Positions 10,517-20,139 of a DNA stretch of 64,000 bases are shown here, in pieces. The translations under genes and the position numbers were made by a program. Where the stretch lies: positions 25,318-89,317 of the forward strand of contig WJMF01000069.1 of NCBI GenBank assembly GCA_014728085.1. Direction: 5' to 3'. Source of the stretch: Candidatus Zhuqueibacterota bacterium (GTDB lineage Bacteria; Zhuqueibacterota; Zhuqueibacteria; Residuimicrobiales; Oceaniaggregativiventaceae). Under the pieces are notes generated by a model. It ran no database searches. It was not told the origin of the DNA and worked only from the letters and a program-made list of their open reading frames with translations. Each line of letters begins with the position of its first letter. Position 1 is the first letter of the stretch.

Positions 10517-11969
10517 ATTCCTCTACGATCTTTACCAGATCGCCTTTTTCAATCCGGTCATTCATCGACAAACCATTCAACAGAATAATATCTTCCAGAT
10601 GCCCGGCGGCAACCCCCATGCTGCTCAGTACCTCTTTTGCAGAACCGGAACGCCTGCTTTCTCTGACCTTCAGGCGGGCAGGTTTGACATTGATCTTTTG
10701 CGGATCGGTTAATCGTCTAAACCCCTGCATGGTGTTGGAAAAAAGCGATTGATTTTGTGAAAAAACCTCTTTCCCGCTTAATCCATGAATGGTAAATACA
10801 GAGTTGTCCTTTTGAACAAAATAGGACATAACCTGTAAGAGTTGCTGTTGATCGGCTATTTCTGAAATCAACCGTTCTGCAGCCATCCCGTTGACTTTAA
10901 CGGACTTTCTGGACAATACCGTTGCTTCGGTTTGGCTGACAAATTCCGATGCCGATTGAGCAGAATTGGCGTTTTGTTGAACGGTTAACATGAGCAGAGC
11001 ATCCTCGGAAGAAGATATCATTTGTACCTGTGATGGTGTGTTGTTGACTTTCCAGTTTGATGGCACAGGAACGACAAACGTCATGACCGGATGATAGAAT
11101 GCATTCTCTTCAACATATCCCTGACGAGGATCTTCACCGAAAATCATGCCATCTAGCCTGCGTAAATACGCCTCTTCCTTGACAGCGTATTGTTTTTCAG
11201 GTGTTTTTGCCTTCCAGGCCGCAGCTTTTTCGTTTACAGCTTTTACACGGTTTTCCGGATTTGGATGGGTGGAAAACCATTCCGGTAAACCGCTCTGGCC
11301 TGAAGATGGATGGAGTCGCTCCAGAGTCTGAAAAAATTGCGCCATAGCCGTTGCATCATATCCCATCTTTACTGAATACTCTACTCCCAGGTCATCGGAT
11401 TGTCGCTCATTATCACGACTAAACTTTAAAAAGAGCAAACCGACTCCGAATTGAGCCATACCGGCATATTCTCTGAATTTTTCCGAGAGCATTGAACCAA
11501 GGCCGAGACCAAGATTCGCCAGCGTAGAGCGGCTGTACTGCACCGCACTGTGTCGTGCTGCAATGTGCCCCAGCTCGTGCCCCATAACCCCGGCGAGCTC
11601 GGCCTCGCTGTTGAGATAGGCTAAAATCCCTCGGGTAAAATAGACAAAACCGCCGGGTACGGCGAACGCGTTAACCACAGAGGCATCCAAGACCCGGAAT
11701 GTGTAAGGTAAATCAGGACGATGAGTAACAGCAGCCATTCTGCTCCCCAAATCCTCCAGGTAGCGATTCAAATCTTCATTCTCATAAATCCCATACGTCT
11801 GAATAATTTGAGCATCTGTTTGCTTTCCCAGCGCTATTTCATCTTGTTTTGACAGCAACATTAATTCCCTGTCACCTGTTACCGGATTCACGGCACAAGA
11901 GAGAATCCAGCTTACACAGACGAATACAAACAATGTTACAATTGCCATACCCGCTGTTCTTGCTTTCAT
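10515..11969 (-). CDS. M48 family zinc metalloprotease lipoprotein with C-terminal LysM-like domain
   Basis: ILSC lipobox, CAVNPVTG, NAFAVPGG, HELGH, FSRDNERQSD, STHP; C-terminus LLNGL...KGDLVKIV. Confidence 0.88.
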   Translation of the reverse strand: MKARTAGMAIVTLFVFVCVSWILSCAVNPVTGDRELMLLSKQDEIALGKQTDAQIIQTYGIYENEDLNRYLEDLGSRMAAVTHRPDLPYTFRVLDASVVNAFAVPGGFVYFTRGILAYLNSEAELAGVMGHELGHIAARHSAVQYSRSTLANLGLGLGSMLSEKFREYAGMAQFGVGLLFLKFSRDNERQSDDLGVEYSVKMGYDATAMAQFFQTLERLHPSSGQSGLPEWFSTHPNPENRVKAVNEKAAAWKAKTPEKQYAVKEEAYLRRLDGMIFGEDPRQGYVEENAFYHPVMTFVVPVPSNWKVNNTPSQVQMISSSEDALLMLTVQQNANSAQSASEFVSQTEATVLSRKSVKVNGMAAERLISEIADQQQLLQVMSYFVQKDNSVFTIHGLSGKEVFSQNQSLFSNTMQGFRRLTDPQKINVKPARLKVRESRRSGSAKEVLSSMGVAAGHLEDIILLNGLSMNDRIEKGDLVKIVEE

Positions 11970-11990
11970 GATACACCTCTCAGTTGTTGA

Positions 11991-13490
11991 TTATAACTTT
12001 ACCATTCTTTCATCCACCGGTTTATAGATATTCGGATTCTGGCTCACATAATCAATCACCAGATCGGAAATCAAATATCCGGTTTCCTGAACGGTTGTCG
12101 GCACAAAATTAAAATAATTTTCAGCATGCCCCATTACAAAATCAACAGTTGCACCGGTATAACGGGCATTCGGATCAACCGGACTTTTCGATATTTCTGC
12201 GGAGATGATTTGGACGGAATCTTTTTCAAACGTACGGTATCGAAATGTCAAACCTGAAACCTGCAAAATACCATAAGCATCACTTACCATCGCCTTTGCA
12301 TTATGTCTGATCATGGTCAATAGCTCCTGTCCACTGCACTCAAAGGTCACCACATAATTGGCAAACGGTAATACTTCATTTATATCTAGTTTGGTTAACG
12401 CTCCCGTAAATAAGCTTTTCCTGATCCCTCCACTGTTCAAGACTGCAAAATCCGCGTCCGTTTGCTTGCGCAATACATCTGTAAAAAAATTACCCAAATC
12501 ACTCTCTTCATGACTGCTTTTAATCAGTTTGTCATGTATCCTGCCAATAACAGCACCATAATTATCCTGGATCATTTTATCATATTTTTCAACCAGACTC
12601 TGCATCTCCGGGTCAGCATTCTTAACAGAATCAACAAATGTCGGAATCAGTTCATAGGTATATTCGCTAACGGTATCTGCGTCTACCATCACTTCCAGTC
12701 TACCCAGGTTCGTGGTTTTGGAGCCGGCTTGCAGGACAAGAATACCGTTGTGCTTTTTAACATCCTCAACCCTGGTGTGACTATGACCACCGATGATAAT
12801 GTCGACACCATGAAGCCTGGCTGCCAGCTCCACATCGTCCTCATGACCAACATGGGTAAGCAATAAGATAAGGTCTGTTTTTGAGTCAATCTCATCGATT
12901 GCGGCTTGAGCCGTTGAGACCGCATCCCGTACGGTTATCCCTTCCATGTTTTTTCCCAGCACAAGCCGATCCAGCCCCGGCAACAACAATCCGATCACTC
13001 CGATTCTTAAACCCGAAACCTCATAAATATTACAAGCCCCGGGCGCGAGCAAAGAGTCGTGATACATGGTGTTTGCTGATAAAACATCAAAGTCGGCCAG
13101 ATCTACCAGATCTATCAAATTGGCGACTCCCTCATCGAATTCATGATTGCCGATGGCCATGGCATCATATCCAATGAGATTCATCATCTCTACAAACCCT
13201 CCCCCCCTGGCCCCTTTAATCTTTATTTTTGAAAGCGGTGTACCTGTCATGATATCACCTGCATCAAGAACCAGAGTTTCGTTTTCCACCCGTTCCCGGT
13301 TCATATAATATTTCAGCGCGACCATGCCGCCGATGAGGGGTTTCTCTTCCCCTTCTATCCATGTGGCCGGGAGAGGTGTATACTGACAATGCATATCATT
13401 GGTATGTAAAATAATCACTTTACCCGAGCGCTGTTTTGCACAAGAGAGCAGCAGCACTATCAACAGCAGGATTACCACTATTCGCTTCAT
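11991..13490 (-). CDS. Bifunctional metallophosphatase/5'-nucleotidase lipoprotein (UshA family)
   Basis: LLSC lipobox; HTNDMH, DAGD, GNHEFD, GGHSH; C-terminal NSGGIR...PFAN. Confidence 0.92.
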   Translation of the reverse strand: MKRIVVILLLIVLLLSCAKQRSGKVIILHTNDMHCQYTPLPATWIEGEEKPLIGGMVALKYYMNRERVENETLVLDAGDIMTGTPLSKIKIKGARGGGFVEMMNLIGYDAMAIGNHEFDEGVANLIDLVDLADFDVLSANTMYHDSLLAPGACNIYEVSGLRIGVIGLLLPGLDRLVLGKNMEGITVRDAVSTAQAAIDEIDSKTDLILLLTHVGHEDDVELAARLHGVDIIIGGHSHTRVEDVKKHNGILVLQAGSKTTNLGRLEVMVDADTVSEYTYELIPTFVDSVKNADPEMQSLVEKYDKMIQDNYGAVIGRIHDKLIKSSHEESDLGNFFTDVLRKQTDADFAVLNSGGIRKSLFTGALTKLDINEVLPFANYVVTFECSGQELLTMIRHNAKAMVSDAYGILQVSGLTFRYRTFEKDSVQIISAEISKSPVDPNARYTGATVDFVMGHAENYFNFVPTTVQETGYLISDLVIDYVSQNPNIYKPVDERMVKL

Positions 13491-13587
13491 TCTTCACTCT
13501 TTCTTTGTAATATTATACAGAGAGTTGTTTTTAACCGGTATATTGGTTATCTTGGATTTTTACAGAGCAAACCGACGAGGCTCTTGC

Positions 13588-14169
13588 ATGAATGTTAAAA
13601 TAAAAAATTTTCAAACAATATACCAGGGCTTTTTAACTCTGGAAAAAGCAACTCTGCAATTTGAAAAATTTTCCGGAGAAATGAGCAAAGAGGTGGAGCG
13701 ATTAAATGTTAGTCGTGGAGATGCTGTCGCTATTCTTCTATATAATTCAAAAAGAAAAAAAGTGATTCTGGTGGAACAATTTCGCTTCTCGGCATATACG
13801 GCAGCACCGGATCAGGCCTGGATGCTGGAAGCAATTGCCGGATCAATTGAAAAAAATGCAAAAACAAAAGAAACCGCTGTCAGAGAGATTGCCGAGGAGA
13901 GCGGTTATCACATTCACAAGTCGCAACTCACTGACCTGGGATTATGCTTTCCGAGTCCCGGCACAACATCAGAACGAATTTATCTATATGCGGTAGATAT
14001 CGCCAACACTCCCAGGACCAGCGCCGGAGGAGGTGTCGAACAGGAGAATGAAGATATACGTGTCCGGGAATTCGATTATGATGAAATTTTTATCCGGTTA
14101 CAAAAGCACGAGATACCGGATGCCAAAACCATAATACTATTGCAATGGCTTGAAAACACTCTGGTTTGA
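13588..14169 (+). CDS. NUDIX hydrolase, ADP-ribose/NDP-sugar pyrophosphatase (NudF/NudK-like)
   Basis: LVEQFR, AGSIE...AVREIAEESG Nudix box, SPG, GGG..E.EDI, DAKT; real start ATG 13588 (GAGG upstream). Confidence 0.88.
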   Translation: MNVKIKNFQTIYQGFLTLEKATLQFEKFSGEMSKEVERLNVSRGDAVAILLYNSKRKKVILVEQFRFSAYTAAPDQAWMLEAIAGSIEKNAKTKETAVREIAEESGYHIHKSQLTDLGLCFPSPGTTSERIYLYAVDIANTPRTSAGGGVEQENEDIRVREFDYDEIFIRLQKHEIPDAKTIILLQWLENTLV

Positions 14170-14227
14170 CAAATGCGCTTTCAGGACCCCTGCCGTTATC
14201 AACGTTTGAGTGGCCGGCCGTGAATCA

Positions 14228-15424
14228 CTATTCCATAATATCGCGGTCGACGATTTTGCCGGGATGAGTGCCCAACCGGGGCCAAATTTTCCTTCCGGGA
14301 TAAATACTCGTATGTATGCCGAGGCTGACATGATCGGCCAGGATGGCGCCGAGCTTATGACGTCGGCTATCCACCAGCTTACCCTTGATCATTGATTTGA
14401 TATTGTTACCATCATGGCGTTTGTTTGCCGTTATTGAACCGCCACCGATATTACAGCCCTCGCCGATCACACTATCGCCGATATAGCTCAAATGGGCGAC
14501 AGTAGATCCGCTCATGATCAGAGAATTTTTAATTTCCACACCCTGGCCAATGCGGCATTCATCCCCGATAGAGGAGTGTTTTCGCAGGTAACAATTGGGC
14601 CCAATGTTGCAATTGTCTCCGATAATAACCGGCCCCTCGATACAAGTTCCCGACTTGATGATGGTTCCTTTACCTATTCTAACCGGTCCATGCAAAACTA
14701 CATGTTCTTCAACTGTGCCCTGGTTTTCCATGCCGGTCAACTCTGGCATAAAAAATTCCTGATGCGTGAGTAAATCCCAGGCATAACCTGTCGGCAACCA
14801 AAATCCATTTATGGGCAATACTTTAAAATCCCGTTCCTCCATAACCTGCAATATGGCATCGACGATCTCGATTTCACCGCGTTCACTAAAGGAGGTTTTT
14901 TCAATTTTCTCAAAAATATCCGGCTGGAACACATAACAGCCGATATTGGCAAGATTTCCTATTGGTTCTTTTGGCTTTTCCACCAGATGTAAAGCCCTGC
15001 TTTTTTCATCAACCTCATAAACACCATAAAGAGAGGGATCTTCCACCTTTTTGGCCAGGGCACCATCATCCAGTTCGATCAGATGCTTCAAATCTTCACG
15101 GGCAAAAAGATCATCACCGTTCATTGCCACAAACTTGCCGTTAATGAAGGGTTTTGCCTGTAAAATAGCGTCCCCGGTTCCCAATTGTTTTTCCTGCTCT
15201 TGATATATCAAGTCAATATTTTTATACCGGTTACCCAGCATCGATTTAATCATCTCCTGCCGGTAACCGACGATTAAAATCACTTGATCAAAAAGACCCT
15301 CCATCTGATCAAGACTGTGCATAATCAATGGTCGATTCATGATGGGAAGTAACGGTTTTGGCCTTGTCAGGGTAAGGGGATAGGTGCGCGTACTTTTACC
15401 CGCAACCATAAGTACTGCTTGCAT
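14228..15424 (-). CDS. Bifunctional sugar-1-phosphate nucleotidyltransferase/acetyltransferase (archaeal GlmU-like)
   Basis: AGKSTRTYPLT..RPKPL, QLGTGDA, VEKP, SERGEIE; hexapeptide C-terminal domain with GPNCYLR, VEIKNS, HLSYIGDS, TANKRHD, RHKLGA. Confidence 0.88.
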   Translation of the reverse strand: MQAVLMVAGKSTRTYPLTLTRPKPLLPIMNRPLIMHSLDQMEGLFDQVILIVGYRQEMIKSMLGNRYKNIDLIYQEQEKQLGTGDAILQAKPFINGKFVAMNGDDLFAREDLKHLIELDDGALAKKVEDPSLYGVYEVDEKSRALHLVEKPKEPIGNLANIGCYVFQPDIFEKIEKTSFSERGEIEIVDAILQVMEERDFKVLPINGFWLPTGYAWDLLTHQEFFMPELTGMENQGTVEEHVVLHGPVRIGKGTIIKSGTCIEGPVIIGDNCNIGPNCYLRKHSSIGDECRIGQGVEIKNSLIMSGSTVAHLSYIGDSVIGEGCNIGGGSITANKRHDGNNIKSMIKGKLVDSRRHKLGAILADHVSLGIHTSIYPGRKIWPRLGTHPGKIVDRDIME

Positions 15425-15450
15425 ATGGAATCCTCTGATTTTTTTCACTT

Positions 15451-15672
15451 TTATTTAAACTTGACAGCCACACCTGTAGCATTCTTTTTTACATCAACAT
15501 AAACGCTTTTTTTGTTTATAGGTCGACGCCGGGGACCTCGGCCGACAATTGCATGATGGTTCCTGATATACTTTTACCTGTCGACATTATACTCTACCAA
15601 CATAATACCATCAACACCAATTCCTTTGCCTTCTTTTCCCGGTTGACCTTTCCATTTCTGTAGATAAAACAT
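15451..15672 (-). pseudogene. Degraded small gene with in-frame TAA (YbjQ/UPF0145-like motifs)
   Basis: MFYLQKWKGQPGKEGKGIGVDGIMLVEYNVDR*KYIRNHHAIVGRGPRRRPINKKSVYVDVKKNATGVAVKFK*; internal stop at 15574-15576. Confidence 0.5.
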
Positions 15673-15764
15673 GATACTATAATATAAAGATATAAAATAG
15701 ATTGTATTTTGACAATATGATTATTAGTTTATAAAAAATTTTTAGTAAAAGGATCGAGTATCCT

Positions 15765-16757
15765 ATGCATCACAGAAATTTTGGCAAAACAACTCTAACC
15801 CCCAGTGAAATCGGTTTTGGTGCCTGGGGTATTGGTGGACCGGCCATGGCCGGTGATGTACCTATCGGCTGGGGACAGGTCAATGACGAGGAGTCAAAAA
15901 AGGCTTTACAAAAAGCCTTTGATCTGGGTGTCAATTTCTACGATACCGCAGATTTTTATGGCCTGGGCCATTCAGAAGAATTGATCGGAGAGGTACTCGG
16001 CAACAAACAAGATATTATCATTGCCACAAAAGTGGGTCACAAACTATCATCGGATAACTCTATCCTGCTGGACTATAGCAAAAATCATATTCTAAGAGCC
16101 TGCGAAGCCAGCCTAAAACGATTAAAGCGGGAATGTATAGATTACTATCAGCTGCATTCAGCAAAACTGGAGCACCTCAAACAGGGTGAATGCATTGATG
16201 CACTGGAATCATTACGGCAGGCGGGCAAAATTAAGTATTGGGGTATTTCCCTGAATACATTCAATCCCTGGCCGGAGGGAGAGTATTTGATCGATAATCA
16301 ATTAGGTGACGGATTCCAGGTTGTATTCAATATTATCAATCAACGCGCGTTTCGCTTTATCCAGCAAGCTCACCAGGCCGGCTATGGTATTATCGCACGA
16401 ATGCCCCTGCAGTTCGGATTGTTAACCGGCAAGTTTACAAAAGAAACAAAATTTCCGCAAAATGATCACCGCCACTTCCGCTTGACGCCATCCATCCTCG
16501 AGACTTCCCTGGACCTTCTGGAAAACGCCTGGCCAATTGCTGAAAAATATTATATTTCTAAAACCAGCCTGAGTCTCAGTTTTATCCTGAGTTTCAAGGA
16601 GATCTCCACGGTAATACCCGGAATCAAAACAACCGAACAAGCAATCCAAAACACAAAAGACATTATCAAACTGGACAATGAAGACCAGGACTTTCTCATC
16701 GATCTTTATGAAAAAGCTCTGTTCAAGCTTGTGGATATGATGGAAAAGGAGAAATAA
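15765..16757 (+). CDS. Aldo/keto reductase
   Basis: SEIGFGAWGIGG, DTADFYG.GHSE, ATKVG, IDYYQLH, IARMPLQFGLLTGK. Confidence 0.92.
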   Translation: MHHRNFGKTTLTPSEIGFGAWGIGGPAMAGDVPIGWGQVNDEESKKALQKAFDLGVNFYDTADFYGLGHSEELIGEVLGNKQDIIIATKVGHKLSSDNSILLDYSKNHILRACEASLKRLKRECIDYYQLHSAKLEHLKQGECIDALESLRQAGKIKYWGISLNTFNPWPEGEYLIDNQLGDGFQVVFNIINQRAFRFIQQAHQAGYGIIARMPLQFGLLTGKFTKETKFPQNDHRHFRLTPSILETSLDLLENAWPIAEKYYISKTSLSLSFILSFKEISTVIPGIKTTEQAIQNTKDIIKLDNEDQDFLIDLYEKALFKLVDMMEKEK

Positions 16758-16789
16758 AGATATCGACAACAGACGGGAGCGGAGATCTT

Positions 16790-17539
16790 ATGATTCCATT
16801 ATTCGATGTACAAAACGGCTTTGCCGGTACGACCAAAGGAGAAATCACGGTCACGCGAAGGGAAAATTGTTTACGGCAAATGGACAAATGCCAAATTGAA
16901 AAAAGCCTCGTCAGAATCGTGCCGGACAAGCTGGAACTGGATATCGTATACTCAAATCTTAAATTATATGAGAACTGTGCCCATACGGATCGCCTTGTCC
17001 CCTGTCCGATAATGGTGCCCAACACGGCAAATGACATCGGTACCGAGGAACACCAGGTCGAACAAGCGCTGGAAAATGGTGCCGGGGCCGCCTGCTTGCG
17101 CTTTGCCACAGATCATTGGCTGCCCGAGGAGTGGGTAGACAAAAAACTGCTGGACCTTTTAAATCATTATCAACTACCGGCATTCATACAATCCACCAAC
17201 TTACCCCTGGAAAAATTCGCGGAATTGGCCGCCCGCTTTCCGGACCTGGCATTTATCTATGCGAATGCGGGATACCGGGATCAGCGTCTGTTCATACCGC
17301 TTTTAAAAAATTTTAAAAATATATACCTCTCTCTGGGAACCCGGTACACGGTTCACGGCGGTATAGAACAGTTGGTGACGCTGGTAGGCCCGCAACAGCT
17401 CTTATTCGGCAGTGGTTTGCCATCCAGCGAACCGATGAGCGCTATTATGCAACTCGTCTATTCAGAAATTGATGAGGAGTCTAAACGATTAATCGGAGCC
17501 GGCAATCTGAATAATCTTATAAAAAGGATAAGATCATGA
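16790..17539 (+). CDS. Amidohydrolase-fold (Amidohydro_2-like) protein lacking metal ligands
   Basis: Similar to the neighbouring amidohydrolase (LAARFPDL, NIYL, GPQQLLFGS) but DVQNG, FIQS, YANAG and GSGLP at the ligand positions. Confidence 0.7.
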   Translation: MIPLFDVQNGFAGTTKGEITVTRRENCLRQMDKCQIEKSLVRIVPDKLELDIVYSNLKLYENCAHTDRLVPCPIMVPNTANDIGTEEHQVEQALENGAGAACLRFATDHWLPEEWVDKKLLDLLNHYQLPAFIQSTNLPLEKFAELAARFPDLAFIYANAGYRDQRLFIPLLKNFKNIYLSLGTRYTVHGGIEQLVTLVGPQQLLFGSGLPSSEPMSAIMQLVYSEIDEESKRLIGAGNLNNLIKRIRS

Positions 17540-18318
17540 ATGCGTTGCTGCAAAAAGCAAGAGAAGGAAACCCTCTGGGGATCGATATGATCGATATACA
17601 CGGTCATATTGGAAGATATGCCTTTGCAATACCGACTCTGAACGTCAAAAGTATTGTCGACTCGATGAACAAACTCGGTATTCAAAAAACGATTTGCAGC
17701 CATATGCATTGTATGGGACAAAATGCAGAAAATGGAAATGAAGAAGTTTATAAAGCGATTCAAGCCTATCCCGGTCGTATCGAAGGGTATATCTCCATCT
17801 ATCCTTTCTCCCGTGAGCATGTTGAAATTGTGGTGAAAAAATGGTTAAAGGCAGGATTTGTTGGTATAAAACTTCACAATGCCAATGGTTTGCCTTATAC
17901 CCACCCCCATCTGGAGCCGGCTTATAAAATCGCAAATCAACGTTACCTGCCGATTCTTTTTCATACCTGGGGCGATGAAAAGGAATTTGAAGAAATTGAA
18001 GAAATATCATCGAGTTACCAGAATCTCTCCATCCTTATGGCCCATTCCGGCGCCTGTAAAAAAGAAAAATATGCAGAGTTTGCCCTCAAACATCAAAATG
18101 TATATCTTGATGTTACCTTTAGCAGTGCACCCGCAGGATTGCTGGAATACTTTACTGAAAGGATCGGTGCCCAACGCATTGTGTGGGGATCAGATGTCTA
18201 CTTTTTAAATCAGGCACAGCAGCTCGGCAAAGTGGTTGGTTGTAACCTGTCACAACAAGAGAAATCTCTCATTCTCTATAACAATGCCAGACAACTTTTG
18301 GACCGTATTCAACGCTGA
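17536..18318 (+). CDS. Amidohydrolase family protein (Amidohydro_2)
   Basis: DIHGH, GIKLH, LFHT, MAHSG, WGSD, ILYNNA; ATGA overlap with the previous gene. Confidence 0.88.
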   Translation: MNALLQKAREGNPLGIDMIDIHGHIGRYAFAIPTLNVKSIVDSMNKLGIQKTICSHMHCMGQNAENGNEEVYKAIQAYPGRIEGYISIYPFSREHVEIVVKKWLKAGFVGIKLHNANGLPYTHPHLEPAYKIANQRYLPILFHTWGDEKEFEEIEEISSSYQNLSILMAHSGACKKEKYAEFALKHQNVYLDVTFSSAPAGLLEYFTERIGAQRIVWGSDVYFLNQAQQLGKVVGCNLSQQEKSLILYNNARQLLDRIQR

Positions 18319-18334
18319 GACAGGGGATCAAAAT

Positions 18335-19909
18335 ATGGAACCAGGCAAGCTCTTGATGAATGAATGGATGATGATTCTCTTTTTTATCCTTTGCATAAGC
18401 TTTTGGGGATTTTATCTAAAAGAAAAAGCGGGGACCGACCTTTCCAGTTCTTTTCTCGCCGGCAGAAAAGTACCCGGCTTTATCGGCTCGCTCTCAACGG
18501 TTGCCACCAACATGAATGCAAATGATTTTATCGGCGGGGCCGGAGCCGTGTATGCAATGGGCCTGGTGATGCTGCATCAAACCTATATCAACTGCCTGGT
18601 GATCCTGTTTCTCAGTCTCTTCCTTATGCGAAAACTGCGCCAGCATAATGTCTTCACATTGGGTGAATGGCTCCGTAAAAGATATAATAATAGTGTCGGA
18701 AATATGTACAGCATTATATGGGCTTTCATTTGGATGCTGTTTAATCTGGGCCTCTATATTTATGCCGGCGCCCTGGTCCTGCATACGCTTGTCGGTTGGA
18801 ATTTATATCTCTCTATCGTTATTCTCACTTTGATTGCAGCGACTTATACCCTTCTTGGCGGATTCGGAGCCGTTGTCGCCACTGATGTGGTGCAAATCTT
18901 TTTAATGTTTTTTCCCTTTATCTTTTTGGTCATTTTGATTTGGCAGCAAGTCGGCTCGCCCGGGGAACTGCTGGCAAGCTTGCCCGGCAATAAAGCGGAT
19001 CTCTGGGGCAAAGAAACCCCTTTTGGCCACCTCGGAATAACGATTTTTGGCATGTTGTTCCTTTCTATAAGCTATTGGGGAGCAGAAGCGCAAATTTTAC
19101 AACGCCCGCTTTCAACAAAAAATCCCAATCAAGCTGCGATCAGCTATATCGGTGCCGGGTTCTGGTATGCCTTGCTCTCTCCTCTGGTTATATTTATACC
19201 GGCACTGGCCGCAATTAAACTGTTTCCGGGTCTACCAAATAACGATTTCGCTGTCCCTATGCTTATCAAAACCTTTTTGCCCCCCGGATTGTACGGTATT
19301 ACGATCGTGGGACTTTTGGCTGGTATCTTTTCCAGTTGTGATTCTCAAATCAATGCGTTTTGCACAATGTTTACAACTGACATCTATAAAAGAATGATCA
19401 ATCCAAAATGCCCGGAAAACAACCTTTTGAAAATTTCAAAAATATCAGGTGTGATTTTTACCCTCGCAGCCATTGGTACGGCCCTGATTTTTTCCTATGC
19501 TGAAAACGGGATGTTTCTGCTGGCCATCGGTATTCTCGCCACGATTATGCCCCCGTTCGGAGCCGTCACCATATTAGGGGCCATATGGAAAAGGTCCAGT
19601 CCCCGGGCAGCATTTTCAGGCTTGATCGCCGGTTTTACAATTGCAATCATTTTGTTCGCTTTAGACCTGAGCGGAAAATTGAATTTTTTGGCTCAAGATA
19701 CGCTATTTTTCCGCGCAATGATTGCATTTTTAACAACAAGCTTTTATGTCGTGATAATTAGCCTGTTCGATTCGCATCATCAGAATGTGGATCAGAAAAA
19801 GGAAAAATTTTACACCAAACACTGGTTCAACAATCCCAATATCCTGGGACTCATTCTGGCAATTACGATAGTATTAATGTATATATTGATTACAGTACTG
19901 AGTACATAG
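18335..19909 (+). CDS. Sodium:solute symporter (SSS) family transporter
   Basis: FLAGR, STVATN, FTLGEWLRKRY, YTLLGGFGAVVATDVVQ, SSCDSQINA..TMFTTDIY; start ATG 18335 after CAGGGG. Confidence 0.9.
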   Translation: MEPGKLLMNEWMMILFFILCISFWGFYLKEKAGTDLSSSFLAGRKVPGFIGSLSTVATNMNANDFIGGAGAVYAMGLVMLHQTYINCLVILFLSLFLMRKLRQHNVFTLGEWLRKRYNNSVGNMYSIIWAFIWMLFNLGLYIYAGALVLHTLVGWNLYLSIVILTLIAATYTLLGGFGAVVATDVVQIFLMFFPFIFLVILIWQQVGSPGELLASLPGNKADLWGKETPFGHLGITIFGMLFLSISYWGAEAQILQRPLSTKNPNQAAISYIGAGFWYALLSPLVIFIPALAAIKLFPGLPNNDFAVPMLIKTFLPPGLYGITIVGLLAGIFSSCDSQINAFCTMFTTDIYKRMINPKCPENNLLKISKISGVIFTLAAIGTALIFSYAENGMFLLAIGILATIMPPFGAVTILGAIWKRSSPRAAFSGLIAGFTIAIILFALDLSGKLNFLAQDTLFFRAMIAFLTTSFYVVIISLFDSHHQNVDQKKEKFYTKHWFNNPNILGLILAITIVLMYILITVLST

Positions 19910-19920
19910 AGGTAAATTCG

Positions 19921-20139
19921 ATGGCAAAAGAGGAATATGATTTAAAGATCTGGCTTCCGGGCTCAATTGTCCTTCTGGGGATCGGCTTTTTTACTATAGC
20001 AACCCCTTTCTTTACACAACTAGACCATCAAAGCCTCCTTCTGGATTTAATCTCCGGCGGCTTGTTGATCGCTATCGGATGTATCGGCCTTTTAATCGGT
20101 AGGTCTTCGCAAAAGAAGGGACAAAGCGTTGACTCTTGA
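19921..20139 (+). CDS. Small two-TM hypothetical protein
   Basis: 72 aa, two hydrophobic segments, GAGG RBS, fills the gap between SSS and rsgA. Confidence 0.7.
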   Translation: MAKEEYDLKIWLPGSIVLLGIGFFTIATPFFTQLDHQSLLLDLISGGLLIAIGCIGLLIGRSSQKKGQSVDS

